From Isurus oxyrinchus (taxonomy: Eukaryota): a stretch of DNA of 64,000 nucleotides. The notes beneath the pieces were generated by a model. The model worked only from the letters and a program-made list of their open reading frames with translations. It ran no database searches and had not been told where the DNA came from. This document shows, in pieces, positions 24,101 through 32,944 of the stretch (its first letter is position 1; each line of letters opens with the position of its first letter). Location of the stretch: assembly GCA_026770705.1 (NCBI GenBank), contig JANJGN010000021.1, positions 80,166,001 to 80,230,000 on the forward strand, read 5' to 3'. Both the position numbers and the translations under genes were made by a program.

Positions 24101-27100
24101 GGAGAATGGATAGTGATGGTCAGGGTCACTGATCGCATATTACTGGGAGAGACTGGACAGTGATGGTCAGTGTCAATGGTCACACATTACTGGGAGAGTG
24201 GACAGTGTTGGTCAAGGTCACTGATTACACATTTCTGGGAGACAGTGAACTGTGACGGTCAGTATCATGGATCACACGTTACTGGGAGAGACTGGACAGT
24301 GACGGTCAGTGTCAATGGTCACACATTACTGGGAAAGTGGACAGTGTTGGTCAGGGTCACTGATCACACATTACTGGGAGAGAGTGAACTGTGAGGGTCA
24401 GTATCACGGATCACACGTTACTGGGAGAGGCTGGACAGTGACGGTCAATGTCACTTATCACATATTGCTGGGAGAGAGTGAACAGTGATGGTTGGTGTCA
24501 CAGATCACACGTTGCTGGGAGAGGCTGGACTGTGATGGTCAGTGTTACTGATCACACCTTACTGGCAGAGGCTGGATAGTGATAGTCAGTGTCACTGATC
24601 ACACATTACTGGGAGAGTCTGGACAGTGATGGTCAGTGTTACAGATCACATGTTAATTGGAGTGACTGGACAGTGATGGTCAGTGTCACTGATCGCACAT
24701 TACTGGGTGAGGGTGGATAGTGAGGATGTATATCACGGACCACAAATTGCTGAGAGAGACTGGACAGTGATGTCAGTGTAACTGATCATACATTACTGGG
24801 AGAAGCTGGACAGTGACGGTCAGTGTCACTGATCACAAGTTACTGGGACAGAGTGGAAAGTGAGGATGTACAGCATGCATCACATATTGCTGCAAGAGAG
24901 AGGATGGTGACAGTCAGTGTCGCTGATCACACAATACTGGAAGAGACTGGACAGTGACGGTCAGTGTCACTGATCACACATCACTGGACAAGACTGGATA
25001 GTGAGGATGTATATCACCTATCACAAATTGCAGGGAGAGACTGGACTGTGACGGTCAGTGAAACTGATCACACGTTACTGGGAGAGGGAACAATGACGGT
25101 CAGTATCACGGATCACACATTACTGGGAAAGGTTGGACAGTGACGGTCAGTGTCACTGATCAGACATTACTGGGAAAGTGGATAGTGATGGGGTCAGGGT
25201 TACTGATCACATGTTACTGGGTGAGACTGGATTGTGAACATCAGTGTCACTGATCACAAATTACTGGGAGAGAGTGGTTAGTGAGGATGTATATCACACC
25301 ACAAATTGCTGGAGGAGACTGGGTAGTGATGTTCAGTGTCAATGATCACAAATTACTGGGAGAAAATAGATAGTGACGATGTATATCACAGATCACAAAT
25401 TGCTGAGTGAGAGTGGATAAGAGACAGTCAGTGTCACTGATCACACATGACTGGGAGAGGCTGGACAGTGATGGTCAGTGTCATTGATAACACATTACTG
25501 GGAGAGAGTGGATAGTGAGGATGTGTATCACTGATCACACATTACAGGGAGAGAGTGGATAGTGAGGACGTATATCACACATCACAAATTGCTGGAAGAG
25601 AGTGAACAGTGACAGTCAGTGTCACTTAACACCCATTACTGGGAGAGGATGGATAGTGAGGATATATATCACAGATCACAAATTGCTGGGAAATAGTGGA
25701 TAAGTGACAGTCAGTGTTACTAATCAAACATTACTGGGTGAGACTGGATAGTGACGGTCAGTGTCACGGATCACACATTACTGAGAGAGAGTGGATAGTG
25801 AGGATGTATATCGCTGATCACAAATTGCTGGGAGAGAGTGGACAATGACGGTCAGTGCAACTGATCACACATTACTGAGAGTGGGTAGTGAGGATGTATA
25901 TCGCTGATCACAAATTGCTGGGAGAGAGTGGACAGTGACGGTCAGTATCACTGATCACACAATACTGGGAGAGGCTGGACAGTGACGGCCAGTGTCACTG
26001 CTTCACACATTACTGGGAGACAGTGAATAGTAAGGATGTATATCACGCATCACAAATTGCTGGAAGAGGCTGGATAGTGATGTTCAGTATCACTGATCAC
26101 AGATTACTGCGAAAGACTGGATAGTGATGGTCAACGTCACTGATCACACATTACTGGGAGAGAGTGGATCGTGAGGATGTATCTCACGCATCACAAATTG
26201 CTGGGAGAGTGGTTAACTGACGGTCAGTGTCACTGATCAAGCATTACTCTGAGAGGCTGGATAGTGATGGTCTGTTTCACTGGTCACACATTCCTGGGAG
26301 AGAGTGACGGTCAAAATCACTGATCACACATTACTGGGAGAGTGGATAGTGACGGGGTCAGGGTTATTGATCACATGTTATTGGGTGAGATTGGATGGTG
26401 AACATCAGTGTAACTGATCACACATTACTGGGAGAGACTGGATAGTGATATTCAGTGTCACTGATCACAAATTACTGCGAGAGAATGGATATTGAGGATG
26501 TATGTCACAGATCACAAATTCTGGGAGAGAGTGGATAAGTGACGGTTAGTGTTACTGATCACACATTACTCGGGGAGGCTGGACAGCGACGATCAGAGTC
26601 ACTGTTCACATATTACGGGGAGAGACAGGACAGTGATGGTCAGTGTTCCTTATCACACGTTACTGAGAGAGACTGGATAGTGATGTTCAGTGTCACTGAT
26701 AATACATTACTGGGAGAGGGTAGACAGTGAAGGCCAGTGTTACTGATCGCATATCACTGGGAGCAAGTAGACACTGACTGCCAGTGTAACTGCTCGCACG
26801 TTACTGGGAGAGGCTGGACAGTGACGGTCAGTGTCACTGATCACACATTACGGGGAGAGACAGGACAGTGATGTTCAGTGTCGCTGATCACACATTACTG
26901 GGAGAGAATGGATAGTGACGATGTACATCACAGATTGCTGGGAGAGAGTGGATAAATGACGGTCAGTGTCACTGATAACACATTACTGGGCGAAGGTAGA
27001 CAGTGACGGCCAGTGTTACTGATCGCATATCACTGGGAGCAAGTAGACACTAACTGTCAGTGTAACTGCTCACACGTTACTGGAGGATTCTGGACAGTGA

Positions 27101-27180
27101 CGATCAGTGTCACTGTTCACACATTACGGGGAGAGACAGGACAGTGATGGTCAGTGTTACTGATCACACATTACTGGAAC
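21185..27180. repeat. Satellite B: 47-bp tandem array, consensus ACTGATCACACATTACTGGGAGAGACTGGACAGTGACGGTCAGTGTC
   Basis: GTGTCACTGA at 23281 and 23328 gives a period of 47. An internal ~1260-bp block duplication is marked by GATGATCAGTATTACCGATCAGAC at 22528 and 23788. Confidence 0.96.
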
Positions 27181-27199
27181 AGAGAGTAGAATGTCCGTT

Positions 27200-27600
27200 A
27201 GGTGGAGGTACTGGTGATTTTGACTAGAGGGTGAAACAATGTTGAGTATAACTAGAGTCTGCGAGTGTTACTACACGGTGAAGAAGTGTTCGGGATAACA
27301 TCAGTCTCTGAGTGACATCACAGGTTAAACAGTGTGCAGAATAGCAGTCTGTGATGTGATCACGGAATAAAGAATGTTCAGGTATAACTAAGGCCTGGGA
27401 TTGAGATCACAGGATGAAATGCTGTGTAACTACAGCATAACCAACCGTCTGGGAAAGGCGTCGCAGTCTAAAAAGTGCCCAGTATAACTACTGTCTAACA
27501 GTTGGGATTACAGGTTAAGCAGTGCCCACAGTGTAACTACGGTCTAGGAGTAGGATCATGCAGTGAAAAGGTGTATCTATGGGCTACAGCCTGCGAGTTA
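27200..27600. repeat. Ancient, highly diverged ~45-bp minisatellite
   Basis: Recurrent (TA)TAACTA...GTCTG...ATCACAGG.T.AA..GTG units. Confidence 0.45.
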
Positions 27601-27843
27601 GTTCCTGTTGATAACGTTTCTGTTTCTGGAGATGAGGGTCAGAGTTGAAGTTTGTCAGGGTGTTGTCTTTAGTCGATCTGAGATGGAGACACTATATTGT
27701 AGACAGGATGGTGATGGTCAGTGTTACTGACCACATTACTGGGACAGAGAGTAGAATGTCCGTTAGGTGGAGGTACTGGTGATTTTGACTAGAGGGTGAA
27801 ACAATGTTGAGTATAACTAGAGTCTGCCACTGCTCTTCAAGAA

Positions 27844-30600
27844 ATGCCTACTTCCTTGAAGAAGTTCTGTTCCTCTCTGCGACAAGATTTCCGTATCTCT
27901 CTGTTGCCTTGTTCACCTTCTTTGCTTTCCATTTCCCTCCTGGTGTTTGACAAGGTGTTTACTAAAACCCGCTTTCACAGCCATATCTCCTTTCTCAGTG
28001 ACTGTCTCCGTCTCCGACTTACCCCACGTGGATTTCAACTGAAATTCCACCCCTCATCTTTCGAACCCACCCAGGATTACTGGTACCTCCGCGACATAAA
28101 ACGTTTCTCGGACTGCTGTTCCCGTCACATTCTGAAATCCACACTCAGTGCCATGCGCCGCCATATGAACACACTCGACCTCTCCCTCCAGCAGCACCGC
28201 CATACCCTTTTTCAAAGCTGCGCGTGCCCCCAGTTTCATTTTATCCTTCGGCTCATCCGACGCCTCAACAAGAAACTTTTTCTCTTTCTCTCAAGTGCTA
28301 AGGAACGCAAGCTCCAACAACTCATCGACACCAACACCCATCTAGGACCCTCCACCCTGGCCTGTCCCTCCGTCCCCACCCCATCTTCCAATCCCAGCCC
28401 CAGCCGTGTATTCACTATACCCCCTGACCTTCCCCTCTCCGATGCTGAACGTTCAGTGCTCAGCAAAGGATTAAGTTTCATACCCTTACGCCCTCACCTG
28501 AATGAATTTTGGGCTCGGCATGATACTGAACTCTTCTTCCGCCGTCTTCGTCTCCGGGCTCACTTCTTTGGGCAGGAGTCCTCTCCCAGTTCAACGGATC
28601 CTTTTACCCATCTCCAATATTCTCCCTCCACCTGGACCCCTCCCTCTGGATTCTTACCTTCTCTCGATCTTTTCATTGAGAACTGTCGGCGCGACATTAG
28701 TCGTCTCAATTTCTCTGCTCCTCTCACCCATTCTAACCTGTCTCTCTCTGAACTTACTGCACTCCATTCTCTCAGGTCCAACCCTGACATTGTCATCAAA
28801 CCCGCTGACAAGGGTGGTGCTGTTGTTGTCTGGCGCACTGACCTCTACCTCGCGGAGGCTGAGCGTCAACTCGCAGACACTTCCTCCTACCTCTCCCTGG
28901 ACCATGACCCCACCACTGAACATCAAGCCATTGTTTCCAGGACTGTCACTGACCTCATCTCCTCTGGGGATCTCCCTCCCACAGCTTCCAACCTGATAGT
29001 CGCCCAACCTCGGACGGCCCGCTTCTATCTCCTACCCAAAATCCACAAACAGAACTGTCCTGGTAGACCGATCGTCTCAGCTTGCTCCTGCCCCACAGAA
29101 CTCATTTCTCGTTATCTTGACTCCCTTCTCTCTCCCCTTGTCCAGTCCCTTCCCACCTACATCCGTGATTCCTCTGACACCTTACGTCACATCAACAATT
29201 TCCAGTTCCCTGGCCCCAACCGCTTCCTCTTCACCATGGACGTCCAATCCCTCTACACCTCCATCCCCCACCAGGATGGTCTGAGGGCCCTTAGCTTCTT
29301 CCTCAAACAGAGGCCCGAACAATCCCCATCCACCACTACTCTCCTCCATCTGGCTGAACTTGTTCTCACGTTGAACAATTTCTCCTTCAACTCCTCTCAC
29401 TTCCTCCAAATAAAAGGTGTGGCTATGGGTACCCGCATGGGCCCCAGCTATGCCTGTCTCTTTATGGGGTATGTGGAACATTCCTTGTTGCAGTCCTACT
29501 CCGGCCCCCTTCCACAACTTTTTCTCCGGTACATCGATGATTACTTTGGTGCCGCTTCATGCTCTCGACGGGACTTGGAAAAATTTATTAATTTTGCTTC
29601 CAATCTCCACCCCTCCATCATTTTCACGTGGTCCATCTCTGACACTTCCCTTCCCTTCCTTGACCTCTCTGTCTCAATCTCTGGTGATAGACTGTCCACC
29701 AATATCCATTACAAACCCACCGACTCCCACAGCTACCTAGACTACAGCTCCTCACACCCCGCTTCCTGTAAGGACTCCATCCCATTCTCCCAGTTCCTTC
29801 GCCTTCGTCGCATCTGTTCCGATGATGCTACCTTCAAAAACGGTTCCTCTGACATGTCCTCCTTCTTCCTTAACCGAGGTTTTCCATCTACGGTCGTTGA
29901 CAGGGCCCTCAACCGTGTCCAGCCCATCTCCCGCGCATCCGCCCTCACGCCTTCTCCTCCCTCCCAGAAACATGATAGGGTCCCCCTTGTCCTCACTTAT
30001 CACCCCACCAGCCTCCGCATTCAAAGGATCATCCTCCGCCATTTCCGCCAACTCCAGCATGATGCCACCACCAAACACATCTTCCCTTCACCCTCCTTAT
30101 CGGCATTCCGTAGGGATCGCTCCCTCCGGGACACCCTGGTCCACTCCTCCATCACCCCCTACTCCTCAACCCCCTCCTATGGCACCACCCCATGCCCACG
30201 CAAAAGATGTAACACCTGCCCCTTCACTTCCTCTCTCCTCACCATCCAAGGGCCCAAACACTCCTTTCAAGTGAAGCAGCATTTCACTTGCATTTCCCCC
30301 AACTTAGTCTACTGCATTCGTTGCTCCCAATGTGGTCTCCTCTACATTGGAGAGACCAAACGTAAACTGGGCGACCGCTTTGCAGAACACCTGCGGTCTG
30401 TCCGCAAGAATGACCCAAACCTCCCTGTCGCTTGCCATTTTAACACTCCACCCTGCTCTCTTGCCCACATGTCTGTCCTTAGCTTGCTGCATTGTTCCAG
30501 TGAAGCCCAACGCAAACTGGAGGAACAACACCTCATCTTCCGACTAGGCACCTTACAGCCTTCCGGACTGAATATTGAATTCAACAACTTTAGGTCGTGA
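27844..30600 (+). CDS. Penelope-like element polyprotein: reverse transcriptase + GIY-YIG endonuclease (918 aa)
   Basis: IKPADKGGAVVV, FYLLPKIHK, GRPIVS, MDVQSLYTSIP, GVAMGTRMGPSYA, RYIDD and LPFLD are PLE RT motifs. A Cys-rich linker PCPRKRCNTC precedes LVYCIRCSQCGLLYIGETKRKLGDRFAEH (GIY-YIG). Confidence 0.95.
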   Translation: MPTSLKKFCSSLRQDFRISLLPCSPSLLSISLLVFDKVFTKTRFHSHISFLSDCLRLRLTPRGFQLKFHPSSFEPTQDYWYLRDIKRFSDCCSRHILKSTLSAMRRHMNTLDLSLQQHRHTLFQSCACPQFHFILRLIRRLNKKLFLFLSSAKERKLQQLIDTNTHLGPSTLACPSVPTPSSNPSPSRVFTIPPDLPLSDAERSVLSKGLSFIPLRPHLNEFWARHDTELFFRRLRLRAHFFGQESSPSSTDPFTHLQYSPSTWTPPSGFLPSLDLFIENCRRDISRLNFSAPLTHSNLSLSELTALHSLRSNPDIVIKPADKGGAVVVWRTDLYLAEAERQLADTSSYLSLDHDPTTEHQAIVSRTVTDLISSGDLPPTASNLIVAQPRTARFYLLPKIHKQNCPGRPIVSACSCPTELISRYLDSLLSPLVQSLPTYIRDSSDTLRHINNFQFPGPNRFLFTMDVQSLYTSIPHQDGLRALSFFLKQRPEQSPSTTTLLHLAELVLTLNNFSFNSSHFLQIKGVAMGTRMGPSYACLFMGYVEHSLLQSYSGPLPQLFLRYIDDYFGAASCSRRDLEKFINFASNLHPSIIFTWSISDTSLPFLDLSVSISGDRLSTNIHYKPTDSHSYLDYSSSHPASCKDSIPFSQFLRLRRICSDDATFKNGSSDMSSFFLNRGFPSTVVDRALNRVQPISRASALTPSPPSQKHDRVPLVLTYHPTSLRIQRIILRHFRQLQHDATTKHIFPSPSLSAFRRDRSLRDTLVHSSITPYSSTPSYGTTPCPRKRCNTCPFTSSLLTIQGPKHSFQVKQHFTCISPNLVYCIRCSQCGLLYIGETKRKLGDRFAEHLRSVRKNDPNLPVACHFNTPPCSLAHMSVLSLLHCSSEAQRKLEEQHLIFRLGTLQPSGLNIEFNNFRS

Positions 30601-30985
30601 GCTCCCCCCCCAATCCCCACCCCCTTTCTGTTTCCCCCCTTTTTTCTCCCCAATAAATTATATAGATTTTTCTTTTCCCACCTATTTCCATTATTTTTAA
30701 ATATTTTAAAATCTTTTATGCTCCCTCCACCCCCACTAGAGCTGTACCTTGAGTGCCCTACCATCCATTCTTAATTAGCACATTCGTTTAGATAATATCA
30801 CCAACTTTAACTTTAACACCTATGTGTTCTTTTGTACCATTGTCGCTGACATCTTTTGATGATCTGCTTCTATCACTGCTTGTTTGTCCCTACAACCACA
30901 CCCCCCCCCTCTCTCTCTAACTCTCCGCCCCCCACACACACCTTAAACCAGCTTATATTTCAACTCTTTCTTGGACTCGAGATCA

Positions 30986-31024
30986 AGTTCTGTCGAAGGG
31001 TCATGAGGACTCGAAACGTCAACT
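30986..31024 (+). ncRNA. Minimal type-I hammerhead ribozyme motif (variant core) in the Penelope 3' tail
   Basis: Stem I AGTT/AACT; core CTGTCGA (30990-30996); A; stem II GGGTC/GACTC with loop ATGAG; GAAA (31013-31016); palindromic ACGT in place of stem III; GTC cleavage triplet. Confidence 0.65.
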
Positions 31025-31654
31025 CTTTTCTTCTCCGCCGATGCTGCCAGACCTGCTGAGTTTTTCCAGGTAATTCTGTTTTTGTTTTGGATTTCCAGCA
31101 TCCGCAGTTTTTTGTTTTTATATTTATTAGGAAAGTGTGTGGGTCTGTCATGCCTGCTGACAGCCTGATGTTTTCAGTTGCTGCTTGTGTTTAACTGTCC
31201 GCTCTGCTCCTGCGCTGTCTCGGTGACATTGAACAACTCAGTGTTCTGTCGATTTGTTTCCTGCTTTGTTCGCAGCCACGGAGAATACCGGGGACTTTCC
31301 GCAGTCACACGACCTGTGCTTGAAAGAAGCTGCATTCACCAGCGGGGGGGATTTGCTCCATCTGGGAATCCCCGGCGCGCCCCGATCACCAGGACCTGAG
31401 ACACGTCCATAGCTGCCAGACCTGCCCCCTGTCAGATCGGCAGTCATCCCTACACCGCCCCCCAGAAAAAAACATCCCTGATCTCTCTGCTGTTGCAGAC
31501 TATTACTAGCCTACAACGCCCTGTCCTCTCCAAACACGGGTTTTATTTCCCTTCCCATATACAACTGAGATTTGCCCAACTCAATAGTTGAATTCTTCTG
31601 GTCAGATTTCCACTCCTGCCACAGTCCCGACAGAACTAGAATCAAAGTAGCATT

Positions 31655-32823
31655 GGTCCGAGCTCCGGGGCAGTGTACCTAGGGGGTACCCCAAACATGA
31701 GCTGGGGAACACCCCCATCCCACCCCGAGGTTCCCAGGTAAAGAGTGTAGGACAATGGTTCGGGAAGTTCAAACTTCCCCACCATCCGATAATGTGATTT
31801 AAACTGCAAGCTTCCGATAGTTCCGACTGCCTTACATCAATAGTTGCCCAGAAAGAGTTAGATGATGGGAAGCCACTATTGCAACGACTGAGATAAAAAC
31901 AAAAAACTGCGGATGCTGGAAATCCAAAACAAAAACAGAATTACCTGGAAAAACTCAGCAGGTCTGGCAGCATCGGCGGAGAAGAAAAGAGTTGACGTTT
32001 CGAGTCCTCATGACCCTTCGACAGAACTAGGTGAATAAGGAAGGGGTGAAATATAAGCTGGTTTAAGGTGGGTGGAGGGTACACTGACCATCACCGTCCC
32101 AACCCACCCAAAGGGATACCCAACCCCCACAGGACTCTCCCCACACCCCTGCACCCACACTCCCCCCACCCCCAACTTTATCACCCACGGAACTCCCCTG
32201 AACACCCAAGGGGCACCCCACCCCCTCAACTACCACCCACCCCTCACCAAGTAACTTCCCGACCCAACCACCCCCACCAACAACCCCCCCCACCCCGCCC
32301 CCCGTGCCTGACAGTCCAAGCATCCCCACACTGATTGGCCAATTCCCTCCTGCTGACTGCCCAGCCCCCCTCCTGTTGACTGCCCGAAAGCCCCCCACAC
32401 CCCTGAGTGCCCTATACAAGACCCCTCCCCCGAGTGTCCAAACCCCCTCCAGCCGACTGCCTGACCTCCTTCCCCCGCCGAATGTCCGACTCCCCTCAAC
32501 TGGCCAAGTTCCCACCCCTCATGACTGCACGACTTCCCCCCCTCCCACCCCCATTTCTAACCACTCACCTGACAAACCTACCTATTCCCTGGCTTGAAAG
32601 TGACTGGACTTTTAAACTGACCTGATTACAGAAGGGGGCACGGCCTCCTTGCATCCAGTTCTGAAGCCCCCATCAGAAGACCCCAGGAGCGTGGTGCCCT
32701 ATACGGTTCTTGCCTGGCCTGAGTTGGAAAGTTGGACAAGAAAGGATTGGAAAAATTCCAAAGTAAAAAGATAAGAGCGAATTGGCAACCTGACTCTGAT
32801 TGCCACTCCAAGGAAGTTCAGGA
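31655..32823 (+). mobile_element. Second copy of the MITE-like repeat, interrupted by an inverted Penelope tail
   Basis: Homologous to 17190-18132 (opposite orientation) on both sides of the 31893-32075 insertion, with a C-rich low-complexity middle. Confidence 0.65.
31893..32075 (-). mobile_element. Solo inverted Penelope 3' tail with hammerhead motif
   Basis: 31893-32028 is the exact reverse complement of 30986-31121. Weaker similarity continues to ~32070 (GAAATATAAGCTGGTTTAAGGTG). Confidence 0.92.
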
Positions 32824-32944
32824 TCAAAATGATTGCACGTGACTGTGACTGGAGAAAAGGATCATTCCTCACCCTTCAGAACCTGGCTGCAGCCTTTGAC
32901 ACCAATATCCTCTGACATTAGGACCCTTTCTTCCAATATCGCAG

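Larger units (their letters stand above)
27828..31121 (+). mobile_element. Penelope-like retroelement (probably Neptune-type), apparently intact ORF plus 3' tail
   Basis: A single long ORF followed by a ~520-bp pyrimidine-rich 3' region with a hammerhead motif and a T-rich end. No clear target-site duplication. Confidence 0.93.

Noticed and set aside
600-27180. CACTGTG / GACAGTG motifs in satellites A and B as V(D)J recombination signal heptamers
   Set aside because: They are only variant or partial heptamers, with no nonamer at 12 or 23 bp spacing and no V, D or J segments nearby.
28054-30764. Overlapping alternate-frame and antisense ORFs within the Penelope element
   Set aside because: Shadow ORFs caused by the strong C/T strand bias of the main ORF; no domains are recognisable.
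32008-32625. Pro-rich and Gly-rich ORFs on both strands (also at 17728-18191)
   Set aside because: They are translations of the C/G-rich core of the MITE-like repeat.
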